64,000 nt of DNA, taken from NCBI GenBank assembly GCA_951406725.2, contig OX597815.1, forward strand, positions 16,554,001 to 16,618,000. The letters are read 5' to 3'. The position numbers and the translations under genes are program-made. Positions 49,185-61,500 of this stretch are shown here, piece by piece. Origin of the DNA: Octopus vulgaris (lineage: Eukaryota). The notes under the pieces were generated by a model that worked only from the letters and a program-made list of their open reading frames with translations, had not been told where the DNA came from and searched no databases. The number at the start of each line of letters is the position of its first letter. Position 1 is the stretch's first letter.

Positions 49185-49572
49185 GGTGCAGGAGTGGCTG
49201 TGTGGTAAGTAGCTTGCTTACCAACCACATGGTTCCGGGTTCAGTCCCACTGCGTGGCACCTTGGGCAAGTGTCTTCTACTATAGCCCCGGGCCGACCAA
49301 TGCCTTGTGAGTGGATTTGGTAGAAGAAGCCCATGGTATATATGTATGTGTATATATATATATATATGGTTGTGTGTCTGTGTTTGTCCCCCCAACATCA
49401 CTTGACAATCGATGCTAGTGTGTTTACGTCCCCATAATTTAGCAGTTCAGCAAAAGAGACCGATAGAATAAGTACTAGGCTTACAAAGAATAAGTCCTGA
49501 GGTTGATTTGCTCGACTAAAAGGCGGTGCTCCAGCATGGCCACAGTCAAATGACTGAAACAAGTAAAAGAGT
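49185..49572 (+). mobile_element. SINE family A, full length
   Basis: Reverse complement of 7218-7602. Confidence 0.88.
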
Positions 49573-49609
49573 AAGTGTTCCTCAAATATTCGGGAGACAA
49601 CTTCTCCCA

Positions 49610-49995
49610 TTCTTCTCTAATAGCATCTTTAAGTGCAGTCTTCTCCTTGCACACTATATCTGATGCCTCTTGTACCCATTTTTTCTCTCAACATATTTAC
49701 ACTTTGTTGTACTTTCGCACTGACATTGCACATTCAGGAGAGAATGTTGGCTTCATTTCTTCTAAGCTTTTGCATGAACCCCTGCAGTCATTGCCCATGT
49801 TTCATTCCCATGTAACATAGCTGTTCCACAAGCATCATGCGGTCTACCGTTCATGTATAAAGAGAAACCTTTTGTTGCCTACAAAGGTAATAGCTCTTGG
49901 AACTTTTCTCATCCAGTCCTTATTCTAGCAGTTATGTTTTCAGAGCATTCTCCTCCTCCTATTCTTGTCACCTAAGTAATAAAAACTATCTACTA
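49610..49995 (-). mobile_element. Old RTE fragment
   Basis: Degenerate match to 21750-22600 (AML..NETW and YLGD regions). Confidence 0.65.
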
Positions 49996-50419
49996 GCTCT
50001 AAAGATATGTGTATATATATATTTGTGTGTGCGTGTGTGCATGCATGTGTGTATTTATAAGTAGTTATGTCTATATCTGGTCATAGAGTGACCAATGGTT
50101 ACACATCCACAGAGGACTTAGCCCCATGAACGCCTTGTCAGACTCTAAAGCCAAAGACAAATGTTACACTTCACCTCTGGGAAGCAGAAATCTATTATGG
50201 TCATTTGGTCAGTAAGTCACTAAAGAATAATTAGTCAGTGTTGACTCTGTCAGATTGAATAGCATAGCCAATGTGTTGAAACCATGATGATATCTGTTAG
50301 GCAACTGATGATGTATATATACATTTTATGTTCTTCCTGACAGTCAACCTTTTGTCTCTTATATTCTTGTGGTTCTAAGTTATCCTTTATTGAACTTCTA
50401 GTTCTCATAGGGTTAAACT

Positions 50420-50640
50420 TGCTTAGGCATGGTTTCTATGGCTGGATGTCCTTCCTAAGGCCAACTACTCCAAGAGTGTAGTGGGAGCTTTTTACATGTC
50501 ACCAGCATGGGAGCCGGTTGCAAAACACCAGTATCGGCCACAACTATGATCTCACTTGGCTTGACAGATCTTCTCAAGCACTTTGTATCACCAAAGGTGT
50601 TGATCACTTGTCACTGCTTCCATGAAGCCCAATGTTTGAA
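50420..50640 (-). mobile_element. Old RTE-associated 3' repeat
   Basis: gtttctatggctggatgtccttcctaag..gagtgtagtggg. Confidence 0.6.
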
Positions 50641-51289
50641 CAGTGCTTTATATATATGCATATATACACTTTCATAGTTCAGTACAAAGCCATTCATCCT
50701 CCTCAATGGGACAAGTACACTAGGAAACAAAAAAATGTACATCCTTCATACAATTTGATATCAACAGTTTTTTGCTTGGATATCACATATTCTTCCTAAA
50801 TAGCATAAGAGGAAATTAATATTACAATTTCAGTGACAAAAGGTTTAATCGATTTAAACAGAGACATACAAGTCTGTAACACTCAGGATGATTCGGTATT
50901 TTGATGGACTCGTCTGACATTGCACAGGTTATTAATCTGGATCTAGTCACACTCCTTTTATTGAATAAGAGGAGATCCTATTTCTGAGTTGACACACTAT
51001 TAATAGTTAAAAACATTAACTGTTGTAGCATAGACTATAATCTGTCACTCTGGTTCAGCTCAAACTACAAAAAGGTAAATTTTCAGACTTTAATTTGCAC
51101 AGTGGCCTATACTTTCCATTCCACAAACCCAGCAAAAATCTTAACTACATAAACAAAAATTCTAATCATCCCAAATCAATATATAATATTATGAAGAACA
51201 TTTTCCTTAGAACATCTAAACTTTCTTCAAACATAGAAGTATATAGGAATATTATAATGGTGCTCTATTGAAAGTTGGCTTTATAGGTA

Positions 51290-52070
51290 AGACTTAATTT
51301 ATCTCTTCCTGTAAGACAAACAACTCTAATTTTAAAGTATGTACTGCACATAAACATGCAAAGTATATTTAAAAGCCATGAAATCCTTTTACTGAGCTGT
51401 CTAAACATAGTAAATAAGTGGAATAGCTGATGGTAATTTAATCAGAGATAAAACTAACGACCATAGTAACAATATAAAGAGTGGTGACTCTAAGAATAAA
51501 AATGATAAAATCACTGATATGCTTAGAGACAAAACTGATAAATCTATGAATATTCTGAATAATTTAACTAAACTGATAAAAACTAAAATGACCAATCTAT
51601 AAATCTTGAGTGTGAGTACCTAGCCAAACATAGAGGTAAAACTATAATAAAAGCAAACATATAGTCAAATCTAGAAATAAAGATGAAATGAGCAGCTGCA
51701 CACCTAATACAAATTGTAAATCTAACCTACAAGGTAAGATATGAATTAACAAACCATTCTAACATTTTTTAAACCAAATTCTCCAACTTTGCATCTTCAG
51801 GAAAAGCCAATATGGGTAGTGAAAGACTATAAATACTCATGAAAAATTTTTAATTTTAAAACAAGAAAAATCTATGTAAAGTGGTGTAACATGCCTTACA
51901 TAAATAATGTTAAAACAAAATAACCAAAAATTTTTTAATATATTAAATAGAAACTTCCCCCAAACCACAAATATCAATACATTTTAAATAAATATACAGT
52001 AAAACTATCTTACTCTACAACACCTAATCTAATAGATATTATAGAATTCTCTAATGCCCATAAAACAAAT
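51290..52070 (+). mobile_element. Decayed Penelope-like ORF fragment
   Basis: KWCNMPYINNVKTK..FNILNRNFP..NKYTVKLSYSTTPNLIDII resembles the PLE linker between RT and GIY-YIG (WFNPPY..FP..VKxSYS). Confidence 0.6.
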
Positions 52071-52304
52071 AAGTATAATAAGGATATCTTACACACAATA
52101 ATAACATACATTTTCTGTCTTACTGTACAAATCTATATAACCATAATACAATTGTGATTCAAAGTGGAGAAATGTTTAGAACAGGGTTTCATATCACTAC
52201 ATGTATAACTGTTTAATTGATCTTGACAACAAACATAAAGTATTTATGGCTTAATTTGTTATATATAAAATCAATTATTAGATTACTTTTATAAGTCTGA
52301 GGTC

Positions 52305-52402
52305 TGGAATCAAAGGGCCTAAGAGTTAATGTAACAAAGACTAAAGTCCTAATATGTAGGAAAACAGACAAATCACTAATCCCTTCAGGGAGATGGCCCT
52401 GC
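52305..52402 (+). mobile_element. RTE RT fragment
   Basis: LESKGLRVNVTKTKVLICRK..PSGRWPC, paralogous to 22780-22875. Confidence 0.7.
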
Positions 52403-52444
52403 GGAGAGAGAGGATAAACAAAAACTTAGTAATAATTCTTAGCA

Positions 52445-52630
52445 ACTCTAAACACACAGGGCCAGCAAATTCGGGGGAGGGAGAAGGTTGATTACATCGA
52501 CCCCAGTGCTCAACTGGTACTCATTTTATTGACTCTGAATGGCAAAGTTGACCATGGCAGTATTTGATCTCAGAACGTAAAGATGAACAAAATGCCATTA
52601 AGCATTTTTCCCAGTGCTGACTCACTGCAC
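52445..52630 (-). mobile_element. SINE family D-related copy
   Basis: gattacatcgaccccagtgctcaactggtact..ggcaaagttgacc..ctcagaacgtaaag. Confidence 0.65.
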
Positions 52631-52668
52631 TTAAAATTTCAGAACATTAAGAATAATTTTTGAATTAA

Positions 52669-52881
52669 CCCTTTTGTTACCAAAATGCCTGAGGCATAGG
52701 TCTATGATACAATCTTCATGTTTCAATGTAATCTATATTCATACTTCCCACAATATTTTCATGTTATGTCCCAAAAATCAGTTTAATAATAACAAAGTTA
52801 TTTTTATTAAATTCTTAATAATTTAAAAATTTAATTGAAATAATGGCAGTTTATTTCAAGAGAAACATGATACCAAAAGGT
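52669..52881. mobile_element. Degenerate piggyBac-like MITE family 2
   Basis: TTAA-cccttttgttacc...taccaaaagg; internal similarity to 30953. Confidence 0.6.
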
Positions 52882-53422
52882 TTAACATGCTTAGGAGAAA
52901 CAAAACCAAAATTGCTTTTTGTTTCAAAGGCAAAAGAGGGAAAGCTTGTTTTTTTCCTCTCTGAGCATGTCAATTCAACTGTGAAATTATTTTTAATTTC
53001 TTGAAATTATCTCCCTTCCTCATTTAGTGTTCCTAACGATCATTGCTAAAGTTTAATTTTTCTTTTTACATCTGAGTGAAATTATTATAAGTTAAAGGAT
53101 TTATCGTGAATGGCATTCAATACATCCAACTATACTCCTTTGGCAGATTTTGTAATCCTAATCCATGCTACTGACCCCTTTAAATATTTTCTCTCAATTC
53201 CTTTTGTTTCCATGATGTACCTTATGCAGTAGATTAGAATAATCATTAGCATACTAAACAAAATTCCCTGAGGTATTTCTTCTGGCCCTTTATGTTTAGT
53301 GTTCAAATGTAACTGAGGTCAAATATACCTTTCATCTGCTGGGAGTCAATACTATAAAATACCAGTTAAATACTCAGGTTAATTTAATCAACTAATCCCT
53401 CCCAACCAAATTCCAGGCCTTG

Positions 53423-53660
53423 TATCATCATCATCATTGTTGAATGTCCGCTTTCCATGCTAGCATGGGTTGGATGGTTCAACTGGGGTCTGGGAAGCCA
53501 GAAGGCTGCACCAGGCTCCAGTCTGATCTGGCAGTGTTTCTACAGCTGGATGCCCTTGCTAACGCCAACCACTCCGTGAGTGTAGTGGGTACTTTTTACA
53601 TGCCACCGGCACAGGTGCCAGACGAGGCTGGCAAACGGCCACGATCGGATGGTGCTTTTT
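53423..53660 (-). mobile_element. RTE-associated 3' repeat
   Basis: Reverse complement of 25952-26199. Confidence 0.8.
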
Positions 53661-55568
53661 ATAATAGATTATAATGCCCCCTATTATAATATAACTTATT
53701 ATAATGGATCTTATAATATTGTGACACTCAAACCACAAAACCACAGGAATTCAATTTTATTATCTACATACCTTATAAGAATGTATGCTGTTATATGGAC
53801 TATCTCCTCCTCTCATCATCTATATTCTGTTTACTCTCTCTCTCCAGAGTGGACACTAAGCCTACTCCTTTCACCCCTAAAAGTCGGTCCTCTAAAACAT
53901 TGTACATTTCTTGCAACTGTTCAAGAGGAAATTTAACCATGCTGGTCTCATTTAGGGTCTACAAAAGCTCTAGGTATAGCCTCTTCCACAAGACCAGTAA
54001 AAAAAGAAAAGGGTTCCATAAAATTTGCAAAAAAGAATAAGTTTGTGTGTTGCATGAAGTGGTGAATTCTGTGTTTGGTACGGTCTTTTTTCTTTGATGT
54101 GGACTCCAGCCTAACACATTAGAATTCCCCTCTTATCTTGGTATAGCATTCCAGTTTGTGAAATTTATGTGTGAATTTGTGCCAATTCAGACAATCACTA
54201 GTTTCCTTAAACTTTAGGTGTCTTTCCATTTTATTGGTGGTGGTGGTGGGTGTCCTCAACATTAGCCACTTTAAAAAGGGAGATATCTTTGTAAAACAGA
54301 AATATTTTCTTACATATGTAACTTTTTAACACTTCATATGAGAAACTTATAGCCAAGAAATTCTTGATGTGCTGATGTTTTTAACTAGAAAATTTTCCTA
54401 AGTTTTCCGTTTGTTTTCAATATTTGAAATAAATATTCTTTTATTTGGAAGAGAATTGATTGGTTTCACTTTATTAGAAAAAAAATAATTCAATGAAATT
54501 TGTAATTATATTTGATTGCTTTTGTAACAGAAAGATAGGTGACAACGATAATAAATAGATATGAAATAATTACAATTATAAAGTAATCATGTTAACTAAT
54601 ATAAAAGTATTATTGAAACACACACACAATGTGTCTGCATGTATGTATGTACGGAGACATAACCAGGGTGTATTTATGCGCACACATACATATATCATTA
54701 TTATCATCATCGAAGCGATTAATATTGAAAGTTATAAGTGACTACCATGGAAAAAAAATCTGATCTTGAATCACGCCATATTTTCTTGACTACACCTGTA
54801 ACATCTCACAAACTGCAGTAAATTGAATATTAGGTGTACGTGCAAGTGACTATAATCATTACGAGCACTTTTCGTACCCGATTTGATCGATCTCTTCCCG
54901 ACCAGTTATAGTCTTGGCGGTTCCCTTTGCCCGCTATATAGCCTTCTAATTGCTTCTAAATACAATACTAATTAATTAGAATATGAAAGAACGTTCGTAT
55001 GTAGTAAGGTAAAAAATTTACGAAGACCTTTATAAAAAATAAATTCCCACGGACTATCTTTAAATATAAATCCGAAGGAAAGTAAATATGTATTTATAGA
55101 TATAATTAAGAGGTTAGCAACTAGCAGCTTTGTTTTGTTTTTTCCCCTATATTTGTTGCTATGCTTCTAATATTTCGATTGTAAATTCGATCGGCTCAGG
55201 AAAAATTATTTCTGGATCGAACCCAGGACGGGACACGTAAACTGAATATGATGTCAACAGAGTTACTACCCTTGAATATTAAAGTCGCACTCTTATTTAC
55301 AATTAATAACTGCCGTCAACAAGCTACCATTTCCTCTTCCTTACTACAATTTTTTAGCTGTAAATAAATTTGGCAAATTAATTAATTAATTACACCATAT
55401 TCTCTAGAATATCAACGCTTGCTACTCTACTGAGGCAGCAGATACGGCCATTTATTAATCATTGAAGCCTTTTGTGTGGTATATTTCCCCTCAGTTTTAA
55501 ATCACCCATACTAATTGCTAAGCAGTTTCCTTAAAAGTACTCAACGCCGTTTCGTTTACACTGTAAGC

Positions 55569-55939
55569 CAGTGTTTCTCACCCATCATTTACCTATGACC
55601 TCTTTCATTCATATTTGACACGGATGAACCCTCCTAGACATTCGATGTTTAAAAATAAATCCTATTATATTTTCTTAATTAAATATTTATTAGGAATTGT
55701 ATAAAATAATTTTTTAAAATAATTGCAGCAGCGTGGAAGGTGTTTATAAGCCATTTAAGAAACACACAAAACCGTTAGATTCACTTCAACATTTAAATTT
55801 AATTTGTCAAAATATTTTCGTCGCTTTGAGACCGCGACCTGTTCACTGACAAAGCTTCGTGAGAAGTATAGCCAATATATTGCAGATAAATTTTAACAAC
55901 AAAATCTTATATGGACCCCGGTTGAGGTTAAAATCTACT
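55569..55939. mobile_element. Degenerate hAT-like MITE interrupted by a Penelope-like fragment (~55722-55860)
   Basis: Starts cagtgtttctca and has ggaccccggttgag near the end; the insert matches 40640-40737 in reverse. Confidence 0.5.
55803..55853 (-). ncRNA. Minimal type I hammerhead with a G3:C8 core variant
   Basis: tttgtca-GUGAACA-g-gtcgc-ggtctcaaa-gcgac-GAAA-auau-UU-tgacaaa; 7-bp stem I, 5-bp stem II, palindromic stem-III loop. Confidence 0.6.
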
Positions 55940-56284
55940 GGCTAAATTGTCCGTTTAGCAAAACTATAATGTGTCACACACACTTACACGTAAAGCACGG
56001 GGGTTTGGTTCTTTTGATATCTGATTCACTAGGCCTGCTTCCAGCCTGTGACAACAGATTAAATAATAATTGGCTTATAGAGCTTTTAGCGTCTATTTTT
56101 CAAGTATGTTGGTGTGTATAAACATACCCGTGTGCTATAAATATATCTATATAATTATATATCAGTATATATACTTTCCTAAGTGGAGTTAACATGCAAG
56201 CCACTTGATAGAATCGTTACATAGTTTTAGCCGTCACTGATTTATTACCACACAGCAGGAGTATATATGTATATATATATATGT

Positions 56285-56460
56285 GTGTGTGTGTTTGTTC
56301 CCCTAGCATTGCTTGACAACCGATGCTGGTGTGTTTACGTCCCCCGTCACTTAGCGGTTCGGCAAAAAGAGACCGATAGAATAAGTACTGGGGTCGAGTT
56401 ACTCGACTAAAGGCGGTGCTCCAGCATGGCCGCAGTCAAATGACTGAAACAAGTAAAAGA

Positions 56461-56499
<39 letters not shown>

Positions 56500-56882
56500 C
56501 ACAGGAGTGGCTAAGTAGCTTGCTTACCAACCAAATGGTTCCAGGTTGAGTTCCACTGCGTGGCACCTTGGCCAAGTGTCTTCTACTACAGCCTCGGGCC
56601 AGCCAAAGCCTTGTGAGTGGATTTGGTAGACGGAAACTGAAAGAAGCCAGCCATATATATACATATTTGTGTGTGTGTACATATATGTTTGTGTGGCTGT
56701 GTTTGTCCCCTCTTCCATTGCTTGATGGTGTTCATGATCTCATAACATAGCAGTTCGGCAAAATCTCATAACATAGCGGTTCGGCAAAATAAACTGATAG
56801 AATAATTCCTGGGGTTTATTTGTTTGACTAAAGTCGGTGCTCCAGCATGGCCGCAGTCAAATGACTGAAACAGATAAAAGAA
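56285..56882 (+). mobile_element. Two SINE family A copies: 3' half at 56285-56462, full at 56498-56882
   Basis: Both end in ccagcatggccgcagtcaaatgactgaaaca. Confidence 0.85.
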
Positions 56883-57250
56883 TATAAATACATACATACA
56901 TGTAACACAAAAGAACAAGAATTTTTAATCTGGGCAGGTGCCTTACAAGTACTCTAGTATTGGTGTGTATAAACATACCTTTGTACTATAATTATATATC
57001 AGTATATATATATTTATATACTTTCTTTAGTGGAGTTAACATGCGAGCTACTTGATAGAATCATTAAATGGTTTTATCCTTGATTAATTAATTAATTAAT
57101 TATATACACACATAGGTACAAGAGTGGCTGCATGGTAAGTAGTTCTGGGTTCAGTCCCACTGCATGGCACCTTGGGCTAACCATATAAGATGATATGGAA
57201 CAATGAGAAATTGTTTAATAGTAGACAATGTGTATATTCAAGACATTAAA

Positions 57251-57768
57251 AATCCTCAGAAACTTGTTTATTACAGTATTGTATAAAAGAAACATTCACT
57301 TTAAATCCCAATCCGACACGTGTTTCTACTGCATAGATATCCTAATATGTGACATTCAGTTGGATGCTGTTGGTTCTGTTGCATTATAAATTTATCAAGC
57401 ATTTATCCATACTGATTTATTGAAGGTATTACCACTACTGACTTTTGAAGTAAACTGAAAAATCCTGTGCTTGATTCTAAATATAATCTGGGGGGTAGAG
57501 GGTCTTTAGGCTTAGTGTAGAAGACAGCAGGGGGTTATTGTAAAATAAGATATGGCAAGCACTGACTGCTTCAGTTCACTTCAAAAACCTATAGTGGTAA
57601 TACCTTGAATAAATACATTTACCCAGGATGAAAATATAATGCAGTTGAACCAACAGGATGCAATTAAATGCCATATCTTAAGATATCTATGCAGTAGACA
57701 CACATGTCGGACAAAGATATAGTGAACGTATTATATATAATAGTGTGGTAAACAAGTTTTTGAGGATG
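57251..57768. repeat. Degenerate long inverted repeat with hammerhead remnants, Penelope-like
   Basis: Arms ~57251-57480 and ~57550-57768. The minus strand at ~57311-45 reads ttagga-tatctatgcagta-GAAAC-acgt-GUC; the paralogue on plus is at 57677-57711. Confidence 0.7.
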
Positions 57769-57842
57769 CATAATTCTCCATTTATATATATATATACACA
57801 CTTAAAAGAAGAAAATGGAGACTGGGAAGTTAATAATTGTTT

Positions 57843-58072
57843 CATCATTATCATCATTTAACGTCCATTTTCCACGCTAGCATGGGTTGCATGGTTCAAC
57901 TGGGGTCTGGTAAGCCATGGTGGCTGCACCAAGCTCTAGTCTGATTTGGCAGTGTTTCTACAGCTGGATGCCCCTCCTAACGCCAACCACTTTCTGAGTG
58001 TAGTGGGTGTTTTTTACAGGGGCCAGAGCAGGCTGGCAAACGGCCACGATTGGTTGGTGCTTTTACATGTCA
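57843..58072 (-). mobile_element. RTE-associated 3' repeat
   Basis: Same family as 53423. Confidence 0.75.
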
Positions 58073-58410
58073 TCGACAAAACAGGAAGTTTGAAAAATTT
58101 ATAGGTACTATTTAATTACCATTACACATCTTTCATTCCCTATTATGAATCAGAAAGTTACACATGTTTATCCAACATGTTCAACTTTGTGATTCCTATT
58201 AGCAAATGAAACATGTGTAATAATGAAAGAATAATACCCCACAAAATTTTCCAACCTTTTTGGTTTATTATAAAATAACTCTGCAAGTAATATTTCCAGA
58301 ATCTTCAACTCTATGTAACTTACAACTACAACAGCTACATACTGGTTTGCATTACTGGAATAAACAGTGTGCTTCAAGAAGACATAGCTTGGATATCACC
58401 TTATCTAACA

Positions 58411-59141
58411 GAACTCTGCTTGCAAAGACCTGTTGAGGCAAGTGAAATCGAAATTGAATTCGAAATCGAACCACATCTGACGACTGGCACTCATGCCAAC
58501 CTCCTTTCACTGGACACTAAACTCTGCTTGCAAAGACCTGTTGAGGCAAGTGAAATCGAACCTCATCTGATGTCTGACACCCATGCCAACTTCCCTTCAT
58601 TGGACACTAAACTCTGCTTGTGAAGACCTGATGGGGCAAGTTAAATTGAAATTGAACCAAATCCTATGACTGGCACCCGGCCGTTGCCAGTGCCGCTGGA
58701 CTGACTTCTGTGCAGGTGGTAAGTAAAGAAACACCGTTTCGACCCTGTGCTTGAGGAGGCCTATTGAGTCAAGTACATCAACATCAAAAATCAATGGAAA
58801 TTGTAGTTGTGATCCCTGTGCTGGTGGCACGTAAAAAGCACCATCCGAACGTGACCGATGCCAGCACCACCTTGACTGGCTTCTGTGCCGGTGGCACGTA
58901 AAAAGCACCAACTGATTGTGGCCGTTTGCCAGCCTCACCTGGCACCTGTGCCGGTGGCATGTAAAAAGCACCCACTACACTCACGGACTGGTTGGCGTTA
59001 GGAAGGGCATCCAGCTTTGGAAACACTGCCAAATCAGACTGGAGCCTGGTGCAGCCTCCTGGCTTCCCAGACCCTGGTCGAATCGTCCAACCCATGCTAG
59101 CATGGAAAACGGACGTTAAACGACGATGATAATGATGATGA
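58411..59141 (+). mobile_element. RTE 3' UTR with internal ~90-100-bp triplication and (GAT)n tail
   Basis: aactctgcttg..aagacctg..ggcaagt occurs three times, then the common 3' end; matches 22213-22320 in reverse. Confidence 0.8.
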
Positions 59142-59771
59142 TATATACATGCATGTATATTCACTCTGTATGTTGTTAAAAGCCTAACTAAATATGTGTT
59201 CCCCCACCTCATCCGCTCCTACCGTTGTTTTCGCATAACCACATAATTTCTGAAAAAGCCATATTTTTTCATTAAATTTTGCAGAGACGAGTTCTCGAAA
59301 ACGTAGATTACAATTATGTGGATAACATAAAAAAAAAATTATTGACAGTGTCTGGGATCTTTCTTCCATTCTTTCTGTACACTTCGATTTAAAAAAAAAA
59401 TATCTCTCTCTAAAATGCATATTTTGAAATAACCTTGTGCAGAAATACGTTTCAGGTAGAATAGATTATGCAGTGTTGACGTTTGAAACACATAAATCTG
59501 AAAAAGAAAAAGTCCAAAATGGCGTAACAAAATCGGAGCAAGGGGTAGCCAGAATGTTTTGAAAGGTCTCCCATTTTTATTTCTAAATTGCATCAATATA
59601 ATTGTAATCTTCGCGCTTTAAAATGTATCTCTGCAAAGTTTCACCAAAATAAAGAATGCATTTTTCAGAAGTTTTCAAGGAACAAAGTCGGAGTAAGGGA
59701 GTACCAATCGGCTGTTGAGCTTCGAATGAGCTTTGATCGAAGAGACCCAGGATTAAAGATCATTCCGCCTC

Positions 59772-59834
<63 letters not shown>

Positions 59835-59967
59835 ATACTGTACTTTTTAGACAATACGTTCTGATTAGACAGTAGGGTACAATCTGAAAAAAAAAATTTG
59901 GTTACTATTTCTAGCAAGTAGAGTGGTCGTTCATATCTCGTGGTTTGTTCATATTTATTTATTTATA

Positions 59968-60127
59968 TATTTTTCTTTACTACCCACAAGGGGCTAAACA
60001 TAGAGGGGACAAACAAGGACAAACAAAGGGATTAAGTCGATTACACCGACTCCAGTGCGAGACTGATACTTTCTTTTATCGACCCCGAAAGGATGAAAGG
60101 CAAAGTCGACCTCGGCGGAATTTGAGT
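59968..60127 (-). mobile_element. SINE family D 3' body
   Basis: tactacccacaaggggctaaac..gaccccgaaaggatgaaaggcaaagtcgacctcggcggaatttga. Confidence 0.75.
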
Positions 60128-60800
60128 TTGTTCATATTTATATTTGGTGGTTTACATTGTTGGATTTATTCCATCTCAATCACAGACTTTAAATTTTTTT
60201 TTTTTTTAACTATACAGTTTGAAGCTTCGAACACTGGTAGAATTTCTCACGTTGGATCTATTCCATCTCAATTACAGATCTTTTAATAATTTTTTTTTTT
60301 AACTAAACAGTTTGAATAGATCTCATTTATTTTCAAATACTTGGTTAAGCTGTGTATTCGCTTTGAGCGATTTCATATCCATGCTTTTTCAACAACAGTT
60401 CTGTGGTAATTATATATATGATAATGGGGCTTCAAACTCTTCGAATACCACTACTAATAATCATGTTTTCAAATGTTGTTTAGCTCCAGGTCGTCTCTGA
60501 TCGAGTAGACTTATGTTTGCCAAAAACTAATAAGATAGCCTTTCTTAATTCAGTTCACTCTGCTTACAAAGTGTTTATCGGATTTAAACTCCACGTTACT
60601 AATTCATGCATGGGTGAACTGAACCGTTGCGAGTTAAACTAGTTGTATTATAGCGTCATTGAAATTACATGAACAGAGACCAACTACAACACGGATATGT
60701 ATGTCTGTATATGTGTGTCTCTTTTGTTCTAGTGAATCAGTAGACAGCACGGTCCTCATTTGCATTTTATGTAGCGATATGAATTTATTTGATATCTAGG

Positions 60801-60872
<72 letters not shown>

Positions 60873-61054
60873 GCCTCGTATATCACAGGATTTGGGGGAG
60901 AGGTATTGAAAAGTTGTGGGTTCTTGATCACCCAAGGTTTTCAAATATTGGGTCCATACTTTAGATAGAGAGGGTAGAGCCTTTGGCACCAAGAAGTATC
61001 ATCTAGTTCGGCGGTTGATTAGTTAGGTATAAGAACTCCTGGATTTTCCCTCTG

Positions 61055-61086
<32 letters not shown>

Positions 61087-61181
61087 TGTATGTATGTATG
61101 TATGTATGTATGTATGTATGTATGTATGTATGTATGTATGTATGTATGTATGTATGTATGTATGTATGTATGTATACATCT

Positions 61182-61267
<86 letters not shown>
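61055..61267. repeat. (TATG)n followed by (CA)n microsatellite
   Basis: Directly visible. Confidence 0.95.
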
Positions 61268-61268
<1 letters not shown>

Positions 61269-61382
61269 AAGTGAAATTCCTCTCCCCTTTATTATATATT
61301 TATATATACGGGCATTCAAACGTAGCAGATAACAGCTAGTCTTTGGCCGCTATTTGGACAGACCCCGTTGTGTCCACTGCTC

Positions 61383-61500
61383 TGATTGGTTGGTATTGGC
61401 GCAATTTGTCTCTTACTCTGTCGCGCTAATATGCAGCGTATAACTAGTCGAATCCCCTATATAAGCTCACGTGAGACAGCCTGTTCTCAATCCCATTTGA
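61383..61500 (+). promoter_or_regulatory. Candidate TATA/CCAAT promoter
   Basis: Two ATTGG (61385, 61395), TATATAA (61458-64) and palindrome ctcacgtgag (61466-75), within a CpG-retaining block ~61310-61900. Confidence 0.4.

Noticed and set aside
51401-51595. Hydrophobic minus-strand ORF resembling a mitochondrial membrane protein (NUMT)
   Set aside because: Antisense of an A-rich stretch within a decayed Penelope-like ORF; no mitochondrial gene motifs recognised.
59205-59705. Degenerate fold-back (ttctgaaaaa..tttgcagaga..gattacaattat and its reverse complement)
   Set aside because: Probably an old MITE, but ends and TSD could not be defined by eye.
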